Part shown: piece by piece, positions 33,128 through 43,233 of the stretch
Layout of the letters: each line of letters starts with the position of its first letter
Numbering within the stretch: the first letter of the stretch is position 1
IMG/VR virus record: IMGVR_UViG_3300044796_000141
Coordinates: 36,323-100,322 of that record
Origin: a virus
Reading direction: 5' to 3' (one strand)
Length of the DNA: 64,000 nt
Notes under the pieces: generated by a model
Database searches by the model: none
What the model saw: the letters and a program-made list of their open reading frames with translations, nothing else
Told to the model about the DNA's origin: nothing
Translations under genes and position numbers: made by a program

Positions 33128-33207
33128 CTGTATTCGGCCGCGAATTTAGATTGCTCGCGGGAACAAGCTGCAATCTCCGGTTGGTTGACCTCTATAACCG
33201 AGTACAG
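33128..33207 (+). ncRNA. Pseudoknotted structured RNA element upstream of HTH gene
   Basis: P1 CTGTATTCGG/CCGAGTACAG; P2 CCGCGA/TCGCGG; loop AGATTGC (33148-33154) complementary to GCAATCT (33170-33176). Confidence 0.6.
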
Positions 33208-33227
33208 AAACAATTGAGGTTTTTATT

Positions 33228-33431
33228 ATGAAAGAAAAATTTTTAAGCCTCGTTAAAGAAATTGTCGATGCACATAAAGTTTCAGTCATCACCAAAGAGT
33301 TCGGCATCAGTAAGCCGACAGTTTTTCGCTGGTTGCGAGGTGTATCAGAACCACACCCTGCAATGCTTCCGCATATGATTCTTGACTTAGAAAGAATTAA
33401 AAAAGAGCTTGACGCATCTAGCGTAACTTGA
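33228..33431 (+). CDS. HTH DNA-binding protein
   Basis: VSVITKEFGISKPTVFRWLRGVSEP. Confidence 0.75.
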   Translation: MKEKFLSLVKEIVDAHKVSVITKEFGISKPTVFRWLRGVSEPHPAMLPHMILDLERIKKELDASSVT

Positions 33432-33443
33432 TAGTGTATCTAT

Positions 33444-33518
33444 GGGCGCGTCGTTCAAGGGATAGGACTACAGTCTTCTAAACTGTTAATCCCCGTTCGA
33501 GTCGGGGCGTGCCTACCA
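33444..33518 (+). tRNA. tRNA-Arg(UCU)
   Basis: GGGCGCG/CGTGCCT acceptor, ACAGT-CTTCTAA-ACTGT, CCCCG-TTCGAGT-CGGGG, ACCA. Confidence 0.93.
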
Positions 33519-33682
33519 TACACTTATGAAAAAGAAAATTCCATCCATTATCATTCCTCGGACAAAAGTTCGCAATCCAATAAGCGATAATGCCCACGCA
33601 CGCAAAGCAGGGCCAATGAAGAATAAGAACCAAAAGCGCAATATTAAACGCCTCCCTAAAGAAATATTTAAGGAAATCAAAA

Positions 33683-34099
33683 ATGAACGCTGAAGAACTT
33701 GAAGAATTGCTAAAGCCGCCAAGCTTTACTATTGCAGAAATTTGGGATTCTGGCAAAGATTGTGAAGCTTATTGCGCAGGTTGTCAAATTCAAAGATTAG
33801 TTTTAAATAATTCTGATGGATTTAGATGTCGTGGTTGCGAACGAAGATTTCAACCTGAACAAAAAGCGGGTAAAATTATTGAAAATAGAATGCACGAAGC
33901 AATAGAAGATAAATTTTCTATTAAAGATTATGTGACTAAATTTACAACCCTTAGAGGTGTTACTGTTCATTGTGCTCGCTGTCAAGGAGCATGTGGTTTG
34001 GATAGAAACGGAAATAGATTTTACTGTGCGGGTTGTGGATGGATGCAATCAGAGAATAAAATTATTTATTTTGCTGATAAACTAACAAAGAAAGGCTAG
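33683..34099 (+). CDS. Zinc-ribbon protein of the MN-x-E-x-L family
   Basis: MNAEELEELLKPPS; CAGC...CRGC, CARC...CAGC. Confidence 0.7.
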   Translation: MNAEELEELLKPPSFTIAEIWDSGKDCEAYCAGCQIQRLVLNNSDGFRCRGCERRFQPEQKAGKIIENRMHEAIEDKFSIKDYVTKFTTLRGVTVHCARCQGACGLDRNGNRFYCAGCGWMQSENKIIYFADKLTKKG

Positions 34100-34835
34100 A
34101 ATTATGCTGAAGGATGAAGAAGTGATTACTAAACCGATGGTTCGTTATGGCTATAATGAATGGGCTCAACGCAAGAATGTTCTGTTTACATTCCGCGCCG
34201 ATGACCTAATCTTCTACGGTATTTCGCAGTGTAAATTGCGCACTGACAAGTTCGATAAAGAGCTTGGTCGCCATATTGCCAAAGAACGCGCTAAGAAGGC
34301 TTATCAAGACTTTATCAATTGGAAGTCTGAGTCGGTCACTCCGTACAGCAACTATGGTCACATTGAGCAAGCCGATATCAAGAAGCTTTTAAACTATTTC
34401 GATAATGTTGCGCCCGAAGATTTTCCACGAAAGAAATAATATGAAGAATAAAAATAAGATTGAATTGCTTAATAAAGCAATTGATTTGGCGCAAGGTCCA
34501 GGCAAGTGTCAGTATGTTATTGATGATAAGCCAGGGTGCGTCATTGGGCAACTCTGCGCTTTGCAGGGTGTCGAAATTGCTCAAATGAGTACTTGGGCTA
34601 GATGGATGTTTGTAAGTCCTCCATCAACAAGAGATATTAATCAAAAATTCATTCCATATGATATGTCAGGCGGCGTAAAAGAAATTTTTAATAAGCAATT
34701 CGAACGCGACTTGCTGCAAGAACTACAAACTATGTGGGATAGAACTAGAACCTTTACTAAAGATGTGCCGCATCTTAAAGCAGAAATGAAGCAAATGGTT
34801 CTTGAAATGTATGAAATGCAGGCATCTGATAGTAT

Positions 34836-34864
34836 TTGACAAGCGCTGGCAGCGGTGCTAGCTT
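34836..34864 (+). promoter_or_regulatory. Promoter for tRNA-Ile
   Basis: TTGACA-17 nt-TGC-TAGCTT just upstream of tRNA. Confidence 0.65.
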
Positions 34865-34872
34865 GTGGTAAT

Positions 34873-34947
34873 GCACATATAACTCATCGGTAGAGTGCAG
34901 TCCTTATAAGACTGGAGCAGTTGGTTCGACTCCAACTATGTGCACCA
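34873..34947 (+). tRNA. tRNA with anticodon UAU (Ile)
   Basis: GCACATA/TATGTGC, CAGTC-CTTATAA-GACTG, GTTGG-TTCGACT-CCAAC, ACCA. Confidence 0.9.
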
Positions 34948-35458
34948 TTTGCTTTCTATGATTTTCGTAGCGTTTAATAACGAGTTTTCTTTTTTCTGAA
35001 TGTTCTTGATAGTGTAATTCGTGATGACAATTTTGGCAAAGTAAAATACATTTATCTAATTCTTTTTTAATTGTTTCAAAGCCTAAATTATGATGACCGC
35101 CGATAGCAAAATCTTTTTTACTTGGGTCCAAATGATGAAAAACCATTGCGGCCGGACATTTATCATATCCACAATGAGAACATTTACCACCAAGATATTC
35201 AATGCTCTTTTGTTTAACGGCAAATCTTCTAGAATTAACCGAGCAAGAAGCGCAGACCAATCCTTTCCCAGTATAAGCTTTATTACAAATTTCACAGCTT
35301 CGAGAAATTGAAGTAATATTTATGTGTCCAAATGCAACAGTATTGTGTTTACCCCACGGAGAACATTCAAGGCAATATTTTCTATTTGAAAGAACTTTTC
35401 TTTTTCCTTCGATTGTTATTGACGACGGAAAAGATTTTTCACAATTTTTACATATCAT
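34904..35458 (-). CDS. HNH-type endonuclease, 3' end antisense to tRNA-Ile
   Basis: CKNCEKSF...CEICNKAYTGKGLVCASCSVNSRR...CSHCGYDK...VFHHLDPSKKDF...LCQNCHHELH. Confidence 0.8.
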   Translation of the reverse strand: MICKNCEKSFPSSITIEGKRKVLSNRKYCLECSPWGKHNTVAFGHINITSISRSCEICNKAYTGKGLVCASCSVNSRRFAVKQKSIEYLGGKCSHCGYDKCPAAMVFHHLDPSKKDFAIGGHHNLGFETIKKELDKCILLCQNCHHELHYQEHSEKRKLVIKRYENHRKQMVHIVGVEPTAPVL

Positions 35459-35506
35459 ATACAATAATTATACCACAAGTCTAAAAAATATAAAGAAAAT
35501 AACCAC

Positions 35507-35535
35507 TTGACAAGATGAACTTAGAACGATAGAAT
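35507..35535 (+). promoter_or_regulatory. Sigma70-like promoter
   Basis: TTGACA-17 nt-TAGAAT. Confidence 0.6.
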
Positions 35536-35810
35536 TTGGACCACAATGATTAAACTACCTACAGCCAAAGAGGCACGACGCATTACTGTCGGCAAGAAGA
35601 AACGCATAAAGGAATTGCTGTTTGTTCTTTTGGCCGAAGCTATCGACGAAGGCAAACATCACACTTGGGTCGGCTTCAAACATAAAGAGAAAGCACTTAA
35701 AGCCTTAAAGAAGTTAAACAAATTAGATTATGCGTGCGAAATAGATTATGTAGGTTATCCAGGAATCGCTAAAAAAATGTGCAAATATAGACTAAGGATT
35801 TCGTGGTAAT

Positions 35811-36080
35811 ATGAACCTTGAACAATTAGAAAAAGCATTTGAAATTCCTAATCCTCGGATTACGACAATAGAGATTGCTGCAAAAAGATTCAATCAAAAT
35901 AATTCGGATAATTTTCATCCATTTAATAGCTGTCCAGAGTGTGACAGATTTGACCATTACAAAAATAAAATAAATTATGATTCGGGTACTAGAAATGTAA
36001 CCATTACATTTCCAATCACCTGCTATGCATGTTCTTATGTTTATCCTTTAAATACTCCTGTCCAAATGGTCAAAGCATGA
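35811..36080 (+). CDS. MN-x-E-x-L family small protein
   Basis: MNLEQLEKAFEIPNP; CPECDRF...CYAC. Confidence 0.6.
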   Translation: MNLEQLEKAFEIPNPRITTIEIAAKRFNQNNSDNFHPFNSCPECDRFDHYKNKINYDSGTRNVTITFPITCYACSYVYPLNTPVQMVKA

Positions 36081-37202
36081 AAAAAGAACCAAACAAAGAA
36101 CCTAACACTCTCTACGCCCTTCATTTTAAAGATGAGCTTATCGAACCAAATATTTGGAAAAAATATAGTGACAAGTATGGTTCGCAAGGTCTGTACGGAT
36201 GGAAGCCACCAAAGAAAGTTTATTATACTTTAGGGCACGCCAAAGCGGCAATGAAGCACTTACCAAAACAAATTATTAACGAAGTGCAAATTATTAAATA
36301 TAAGCCATTTGAAACGGCAGCAATTAATGATAAAAGCTAAAGTTCACTCCCTTAAGGCTCATGGCTTTACAAAATGCCCTCGGTGCATGAAGTACGGTCC
36401 CCCCTTGAACTTTGACAACCTTTGTGATAGGTGTTGTCTTATCTTGGTAGAGCACTTTCCAAATGACCCGAGCATTCCTTTTATTAAAGAGCACAACAAG
36501 AATTTTTTACAGCAAATTAAACATAGCGAATATATTAAACAAAGTTCAATAATGAGCGAAGAATGAAAATACTATTAACACTATTAGTGCTTATGGCTCC
36601 AAACCTTCCACAAAAAGAATGGAAAAATATATCTGGCGTAACTGTAACCAGAATTTATGACCCCGATACGAATGTAGTTTGTTATGTGTCTGTAACCAGT
36701 AATAGCTATCCAGTTTCAACATCAATCAGTTGTTTCTCAATGAAGTTAAACGTCAGTCTATAAAGAAAAGGAAAAAGAAAATGTCATTGCCTAAAGATAA
36801 GTGGTTAATCGAGCGTTTGAAGTATTTGGACAAGTGCGCGGCGGTCACAAAGAAGAAGATGTGTTATGCATCCTTTGTTACCAAAGACGGCGATAAGGTC
36901 AAGAAGCATGATTTGGGCTTCTTTACTGAAAGGGATTTGGGAGTTGCTTGGTCAAGAGCATTCCAATTAGTTCCATACAATCCCGCAACTGGCTTCTTTC
37001 CAGCAGGCAAAATTGAATTCTCGTCAGTTATTGAGCACAAGTAGGTGATACTACTTATTGCAGTATTTTTATTGATAGCTTTCATACTTGGAAGAAGGTA
37101 TGAAACATATTCAATGAAAAAGAAACTTGTTAATAAAGTTTTAAGCCAACTAAAAGAAGAAGACGAGGCTGGCAGTAAAGTAATCTATCTAACGAGAAAA
37201 AA

Positions 37203-37421
37203 ATGAACCTAGAACAATTAGAAGAGATATTAAATCCATCAAAAATCTTTGTAGGAGCGCACGAAATGTCTTTACGAGACGCAATAAGTACAGGATTGGT
37301 GTTTTCTGCCGAGTGTCGGAATTGTCGCCGAATGAGCGAAAATAATCCTACTCACTGCAAGCGGCGTGGCTGTACAGCGCCTCTAAATATATCGTCCATT
37401 AGAAAGATTGTATTTACATGA
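37203..37421 (+). CDS. MN-x-E-x-L family small zinc-ribbon protein
   Basis: MNLEQLEEILNPSK; CRNC...C...C. Confidence 0.65.
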   Translation: MNLEQLEEILNPSKIFVGAHEMSLRDAISTGLVFSAECRNCRRMSENNPTHCKRRGCTAPLNISSIRKIVFT

Positions 37422-37672
37422 ATATAGACGATTTTCAAACTGTATTAGAGTGGCATACTGGTTCTAAAGAAAAGCCACAAGTGATGACTCTTAAAGAAGC
37501 GCATAAGAGATACAGGTCGGACAAAATGAGATTATATCATGTAATATGTCCACACTGTCATCGCGAAAATACACCAAGTGGATATAGTGAAGATAAACAT
37601 ACTTGCGCTCGTTGCATGCAAATAATCGATTCTAACCTTTTAACTTCAAAGATTGAATACTACGACCTATGA
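37418..37672 (+). CDS. MN-x-E-x-L family small zinc-ribbon protein
   Basis: MNIDDFQTVLE; CPHC...CARC. Confidence 0.65.
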   Translation: MNIDDFQTVLEWHTGSKEKPQVMTLKEAHKRYRSDKMRLYHVICPHCHRENTPSGYSEDKHTCARCMQIIDSNLLTSKIEYYDL

Positions 37673-38126
37673 TTAAAGAACTGAAAGAACAAGGCTTTAA
37701 CGATGGCTTCGCGGCAGCAAAAGAAGCTAAAAAGAGTGGCATGAAAAAGAAAGATATTATGAACAAAGTCGTTGTTGATGATAAAGAAGTTGCCAAACAA
37801 ATCATGAAGGATGTTGGAGTAGGACATCAGAAGGCTTTTTCTTTCGCATGTGTTTACGCAATGAGTTATGATAATGGAGTCAGAGAAGCAATCTTCTCTG
37901 ATGATTAATATGCCAAAACCAAGTCTTAAAGAACCATTCCGTACTTTAGAGTTTGATTTAATTGAATTTTTGCTTGGCGGTTTAAAACAATATAGACCAG
38001 ACCTATCTTATCCGCAATCGCATTCTGACATGCAAGCATGTGTGCGAGCCATAATTAAAGCCTATGATATAGAACGAAGACCACTTGCACGAAAATCAAT
38101 AGAAATTTATTCAGAAGAAGACTAAT

Positions 38127-38390
38127 ATGAATATCAATGATTTAGAAAGTCTTTTCGATTCTAGAAAGTTTAGGAAGCAACCTGAAACTTTAGGTGACGC
38201 GCGTCAATTACGCGAATTATCAATTCTTAGATGGTTTAATGTTATCTGTGCAAAATGCGGCAAAACTACAACACCTATTTCTAGAGGTGGCGCACTACTT
38301 TCTTGTGAATTATGCCGTTGGGACATTCCTGACAGTACTCCATTGCGCGGCTTTGAATTTCATAAAGGAAAACAGTTCGAAGGTGCTTGA
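38127..38390 (+). CDS. MN-x-E-x-L family small zinc-ribbon protein
   Basis: MNINDLESLFD; CAKC...CELC. Confidence 0.65.
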   Translation: MNINDLESLFDSRKFRKQPETLGDARQLRELSILRWFNVICAKCGKTTTPISRGGALLSCELCRWDIPDSTPLRGFEFHKGKQFEGA

Positions 38391-38415
38391 CTATAATTTT
38401 CTATTATGATAGAAT
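38387..38415 (+). promoter_or_regulatory. Sigma70-like promoter
   Basis: TTGACT-17 nt-TAGAAT. Confidence 0.6.
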
Positions 38416-38439
38416 AGTCGTCCAAAGGGAGTTAATAAT

Positions 38440-38868
38440 ATGTTAAACGCAGCAGATGTAAATAAGAAGAAGGCAGAAATAAAAGCGGCTCAAGAAAAAG
38501 GGCGCCAAGAGGCCGACCAATTGGCTCTTGATAAATATCTTGAACAAGTTGAAAAGGTAGTATTGGCATCGATTGATAATTTTACAACGGTCTATAAGCC
38601 AACGACAGTATCCGCTCGTGCGCAAAAGGCATTAGAAGATGCGGGCTATAAAGTATTTGACAATGGCAATTCATTTTTAATTAGATGGAATGTTGCTGTA
38701 GCGCCAGTAGCTCCACAAGTTTTCCCATGCGATGATGGCTGTATGTGTCGTCAATTGGAAGCTTTAGAAAATATTTTATTGGATGAAGATTTTACTGTGA
38801 TTGAGCCAGAATTAGAACCAGAGCCACCAACACCACCTCGTCGCGCCGCACGTCGCCGCTCTAAATAA
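38440..38868 (+). CDS. Hypothetical protein, acidic/Pro-rich tail
   Basis: ORF track. Confidence 0.65.
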   Translation: MLNAADVNKKKAEIKAAQEKGRQEADQLALDKYLEQVEKVVLASIDNFTTVYKPTTVSARAQKALEDAGYKVFDNGNSFLIRWNVAVAPVAPQVFPCDDGCMCRQLEALENILLDEDFTVIEPELEPEPPTPPRRAARRRSK

Positions 38869-38873
38869 GTTTC

Positions 38874-38902
38874 TTGACTTTATATAAATTTTACTGTATA
38901 CA
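38874..38902 (+). promoter_or_regulatory. Sigma70-like promoter
   Basis: TTGACT-17 nt-TATACA. Confidence 0.55.
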
Positions 38903-38918
38903 TTGAATAGGAGATAAT

Positions 38919-39242
38919 ATGAATAACGATACACAAGTTTCTACAGATACGGTTCTTAGCGATACAACGGTGACAACCACCACGGAAACGCCACAGGAAG
39001 TGTCTAAACGCGCCTATACGCGCTCTACGGACATGGCCCTAGGCAATGACCTCATCTTGCGTTTGATTCCTACAGGGGCCGCTAATGCGGTTTCAAAGAA
39101 ACAAATCTTTAAGGAAATGTCAGATACAACCTTTGAACTCGTCAATAAGAATTGGAATCTTCGCATCCAATCTCTTGAAAAAGATGGCTTAGTTAAGTCT
39201 ACTGGCGCGAAAGCCGGCAAAAAGTATTTTCTTCCAGAATAA
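38919..39242 (+). CDS. Possible winged-helix-like protein
   Basis: LRIQSLEKDGLVKSTGAKAGKKYFL. Confidence 0.5.
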   Translation: MNNDTQVSTDTVLSDTTVTTTTETPQEVSKRAYTRSTDMALGNDLILRLIPTGAANAVSKKQIFKEMSDTTFELVNKNWNLRIQSLEKDGLVKSTGAKAGKKYFLPE

Positions 39243-39610
39243 CCCTCTAACTCTTAGAAAGTTTTTGTGCGAACTAAAAGATGCAAAAAGTGCAACTATT
39301 TCGACGCCGCAATAGAATGCGAATTGTGCGAAAAGTGTCTAATTCTTGATTTGCAAAAAATGCAATCGGAATCAAATGCAAATATTTTCAAATCAAATAA
39401 GAAAAGCTTCTACTTCCAAAAGGATGCTAATTAAATGATTTTTATTGCATCTTGGTTAATACTTGGTATTATACATTTTGTATTTTGCATGTATTATGAT
39501 GGCAATAGAATGACAGCACCGGAACAATTACTTATATTTTTCTTATCTATTTGTTTTGGTGCAATTATATTTCCAATAGCATTATATCTTAAATTAACAG
39601 GATGGAGTTT

Positions 39611-40000
39611 ATGATTAAACAAGTTATAGTAATGCGTAAAGACCTTAAGATGCGTCGTGGTAAAGAGATTGCTCAAGGTGCGCACGCCTCTATGGCATTT
39701 TTTACAAATAAAATTCACAATTACCCTCAGTATGATAATCAAATTTTTAGCCATAAGCTTTCTATAGAAGAGTTTGAGTGGATTAAAGGCAAGTTTACTA
39801 AAATTTGTCTTCAAGTTGATTCAGAAGAAGAACTTCAAACTATCTATGATGCCGCTAAGGCAGGCGGATTTACAGTCCATATGATTACTGATAGTGGACT
39901 TACAGAATTTAATGGCGTTCCTACTAAAACCTGTTTAGCTATTGGTCCGAATATCGCAGAAGATATTGACAAACTTACAGGTCATTTGAAATTATACTAA
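39611..40000 (+). CDS. pth2: Peptidyl-tRNA hydrolase 2 (Pth2-like)
   Basis: QVIVMRKDLKMRRGKEIAQGAHASMAF...KICLQVDSEEELQTIYDAAKAGG...TCLAIGP. Confidence 0.88.
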   Translation: MIKQVIVMRKDLKMRRGKEIAQGAHASMAFFTNKIHNYPQYDNQIFSHKLSIEEFEWIKGKFTKICLQVDSEEELQTIYDAAKAGGFTVHMITDSGLTEFNGVPTKTCLAIGPNIAEDIDKLTGHLKLY

Positions 40001-40001
40001 T

Positions 40002-40298
40002 ATGAACATTGAACAATTTGAAAATATTCTTTGTCCACCGCCGCCAAAGATAAAAAATCCGTTTACAATTTCAAGGCTTTGGGAAGCAATTGAATTTTAT
40101 CATCAAGGCAAAATTATAGGATATAGTGTAATTTGTCCTCATTGCAAAATTCAAAGTTGGCCAACAACCAGTCGTGGTGCATCTAAGTGCTCAAGTCATC
40201 TTGGTCCTAGACACGGATGTTCCAAATTAATTTCAGAAAATGAAAAGCTTCTATCTATTAAAACTACCACCGAAGAGTATTATTTTAATGAAGAATAA
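40002..40298 (+). CDS. MN-x-E-x-F family small zinc-ribbon protein
   Basis: MNIEQFENILCPPPP; CPHC... Confidence 0.6.
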   Translation: MNIEQFENILCPPPPKIKNPFTISRLWEAIEFYHQGKIIGYSVICPHCKIQSWPTTSRGASKCSSHLGPRHGCSKLISENEKLLSIKTTTEEYYFNEE

Positions 40299-40348
40299 AT
40301 TCGTTAGAAATAGTGAGAACCACAACTCTCATCTTTATGATTATCCTG

Positions 40349-40726
40349 ATGGACAACCCTATAAGAGCGCTAAGCTCGGGAGGTTGGTTCCAGGTCGCTC
40401 AGCAGGAATCAACCAAATCAGACGCAGCTAATTTTAAGCTTGGTTCAATCGTTTTAAAGAAAAGAAGAATCGTTTCAAAAGGTTTCAATAATCATAAGAG
40501 CGACCCAAAGCTTGTAAAGTACGGATACAAATCCAAGCTTCACGCTGAGTTTAGCGCTATGATGAGAGGTACAGGCGATATGCTATTTGTTGCCCGATTT
40601 AAGAAGGATGGACAAATGGCTTGCGCGAAACCTTGCATTCATTGCTTGCATACTGCGAAGATTTTAGGTATAGATACTATTGTCTATAGTGATTGGGACG
40701 GGAATTTCAGAAGTATAGAATTGTAA
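40349..40726 (+). CDS. Cytidine/deoxycytidylate deaminase-like protein
   Basis: LHAEFSAMM...CAKPCIHCL (HAE/PCxxC). Confidence 0.7.
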   Translation: MDNPIRALSSGGWFQVAQQESTKSDAANFKLGSIVLKKRRIVSKGFNNHKSDPKLVKYGYKSKLHAEFSAMMRGTGDMLFVARFKKDGQMACAKPCIHCLHTAKILGIDTIVYSDWDGNFRSIEL

Positions 40727-40736
40727 GGAGTTTAAA

Positions 40737-41558
40737 ATGGATAACTATAATAAAATTGATGGATGGTATTACATTATTACAGAAAAGCCTGTAGGGTCTA
40801 TTAAACTTAAGGGCCAAGTCTTACACAAAGGCTGGGATATTCCTAGTAATTGGGCAATTGACAGTAATAAACAATGCTGGAAAGATAACGCTCATGGTGC
40901 TACGCTCAATCCTTGTACTACCGATGAATTACTTCTTCTCTTAAAAGAAGACGACAACCAAGACACTATCAATGCCGTCATGGGATTATTGGGTCTTTCT
41001 AAAGAATACCAGTTTCGCGGTTTTAGTAAAATCTCTCGCTTAAACAGAACGACTATCGTTACCGAAAAAATTGACGGTACTAATGCTCTTATTTATATTC
41101 CAGAAGATTGTCCAGATAAAATGCTTGTTGGTTCTAGAACACAATGGATTACTCCTGAAAAAGACAATTATGGTTTTGCGCGTTGGGCTCAAGACAACAA
41201 AGAAGAACTTCTTAAATTAGGTCCAGGCTCTCACTATGGTGAATGGGCCGGCTTAGGCATTCAACGCAGATACGGACTTAAAGAAAAAAGATTTTATCTA
41301 TTTAATGCTACTCGCTGGACTGATGAAGTGCGTCCAAAATGCTGTTATGTTGTACCAGTATTATCTCAACATACAGACATTCGTCACGCAACCGACACAG
41401 GACTACAAATGCTTCGTGATAATGGTTCTTATATTAATCACGACTTTAAAAATCCTGAAGGTGTTGTTGCTTATCATACTGCAAGCGGGCAATTATTTAA
41501 AATTACATTAGATAATGACGGTGAGCGAAAAGGAAAAGTCATTTTACCAAAGGAATAA
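40737..41558 (+). CDS. RNA ligase
   Basis: EKIDGTNA nucleotidyltransferase motif, SRTQWI, YGEW, EGVVAY. Confidence 0.8.
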   Translation: MDNYNKIDGWYYIITEKPVGSIKLKGQVLHKGWDIPSNWAIDSNKQCWKDNAHGATLNPCTTDELLLLLKEDDNQDTINAVMGLLGLSKEYQFRGFSKISRLNRTTIVTEKIDGTNALIYIPEDCPDKMLVGSRTQWITPEKDNYGFARWAQDNKEELLKLGPGSHYGEWAGLGIQRRYGLKEKRFYLFNATRWTDEVRPKCCYVVPVLSQHTDIRHATDTGLQMLRDNGSYINHDFKNPEGVVAYHTASGQLFKITLDNDGERKGKVILPKE

Positions 41559-42011
41559 TATTTGATAATTCAAGTGGAATTGCTTTAAAAGCCTTTAAAT
41601 AATCAATGGAATTTTGTAATAAAGAAATGTCATCCTTAAAAAGACCGAGCGCTTTATTGCAAGCGCTACACAATAGTCCGTCTAATTTGACCGAGTTTTA
41701 TGGTCATGGTCTACTGCAAAACTTTGATTATATTTTTGATAATGTTCATTTAAAGTCATTAAGCAAATATAACAGCAATTCCTTTGCATTAAAAGCATTT
41801 CATTATATTGTTCAGAAGTTAGTCCATAAAAAGTTTTTAACTTATATTTTTTCTTTCTGTTTTTTGCTTCTTGTGGATTTTTTGTTTCTCTTGCTTTTTT
41901 ATCTTGTTCATGGCACTGTTTACATTGAGATGAAAGTCCATCATGTTTTGATGAATTTTTATAAAACTGTTTTGTTGATTTTGGCAAATGACATTTATAG
42001 CATTTTTTCAT
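41539..42011 (-). CDS. Endonuclease VII-like endonuclease with two CGG +1 shift sites
   Basis: MKKCYKCHLPKSTKQFY...CCYICL...[30 protein letters not shown] after skipping the C of CGG at 41693 and 41680 (minus-strand codon starts). Confidence 0.88.
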
Positions 42012-42056
42012 ATAATAATTATACACTGCGCCTATAAATTAATAAGGTAATTTAAA

Positions 42057-42296
42057 GTGAATATAGAAGAAATTGAAAAAGTTTTAAACCCTGAGCAATC
42101 TGATGGGATTGCGAAAATGACCCTAAATTTAGCGCGAGCTAGTGGTTTGTTTGGTAATGGCTATAGACTATCATGTAATACATGCAATGAAGTCGGAACT
42201 TTTGTTTGGCGCGAAGATTATGTTTATATACGCTGTACGGCATGTGATTCTCGTTATCATAGAGATTTAGATTTAATAAATATTATAAGGAAATAA
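42057..42296 (+). CDS. MN-x-E-x-[LI] family small zinc-ribbon protein
   Basis: MNIEEIEKVLNPEQ; CNTC...CTAC. Confidence 0.65.
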   Translation: MNIEEIEKVLNPEQSDGIAKMTLNLARASGLFGNGYRLSCNTCNEVGTFVWREDYVYIRCTACDSRYHRDLDLINIIRK

Positions 42297-42883
42297 AATG
42301 ACAAAGAAATTCAAATTTAAAGGCTGGGATTGGACAGAAATCTTAAAAGCCGCCAATCAAGAACTTGGAATGAAGTTAAAAACAGAACTAGAGCCATTTA
42401 CTACATTTGAAGAAGAAGATAAACTTCTTGATGGAGAAGTTAAAAGACTTTTTGATGATTGTATGGGTTGGGACGGCATAGGTCTTAAATACGGACTTAC
42501 TAAAAAAGGCAAAGTAGTATACAACATCATCCAAAGATATCTTGAAGTATTTTTGCCGAACGAAAAGAAAATTCACTATCACTATCCGCTTTGGGTCGGT
42601 CTTTCTAAAATTAAAGACCCTGAAACGTTTTTAAAATATACATCAGTTTTGATTCGCTTTATGTGGAACTAAGATAAATGAAATACATTGCAAAAGGAAT
42701 GGAAGTTTCTTTGCCACTCACAGTCGAAAGTATCGAAAATCTTCTATCCTCTATTCACTCAAAAGAAGCCGCCAGTTTGATTTTGATTGACCTCTACCGC
42801 GATGTGATGCTATGTGTAGCTAGTGGCGCAGGGCACGCCAAAGACCTTGCCATAGCAGCTCTTAAAATCGAGGATTTACTTAA

Positions 42884-43225
42884 GTGAACATAGAAGAATT
42901 AGAATCAACTTTAAAACCAAAACTTAAATTTTCTTTTTGGTATATGCACGATAATCATACTTTTACTCGTCTCAAAAGTTCAACAATTGACGAAATGTGT
43001 AAAGAGGCTTTTGAAATTGGCAAAGAAAGTCCATATGGAATGCTTTGTCCTGTAACAGTTTTAAATGCCGAAACCGATAAAGAATTACGAAGAGTTGGCA
43101 GTATCGTTCATACTACGGAAAGTTCCGAACTAAACGACACAAAATACGCCAACGCTATCCAGCAATGGAAGCATGAAATTCTACAAGATGCAGACATTAG
43201 GGCGCACTTAATAGAAAATATTTAG
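42884..43225 (+). CDS. MN-x-E-x-L family protein
   Basis: MNIEELESTLKPK. Confidence 0.55.
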   Translation: MNIEELESTLKPKLKFSFWYMHDNHTFTRLKSSTIDEMCKEAFEIGKESPYGMLCPVTVLNAETDKELRRVGSIVHTTESSELNDTKYANAIQQWKHEILQDADIRAHLIENI

Positions 43226-43233
43226 GAGAATTT

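Noticed and set aside
33128-33207. Assigning the pseudoknotted RNA to the pistol or another known ribozyme class
   Set aside because: A hairpin-loop pseudoknot is present, but the outer helix order and conserved linker do not match what I know of pistol; left unclassified.
33478-33756. Minus ORF ending in GTPRLERGLTV over tRNA-Arg
   Set aside because: Typical spurious translation of a tRNA T-arm antisense; no independent support.
41606-42037. Plus-strand ORF opposite the Endonuclease VII-like gene
   Set aside because: Low-complexity hydrophobic translation antisense to a gene with strong motifs.
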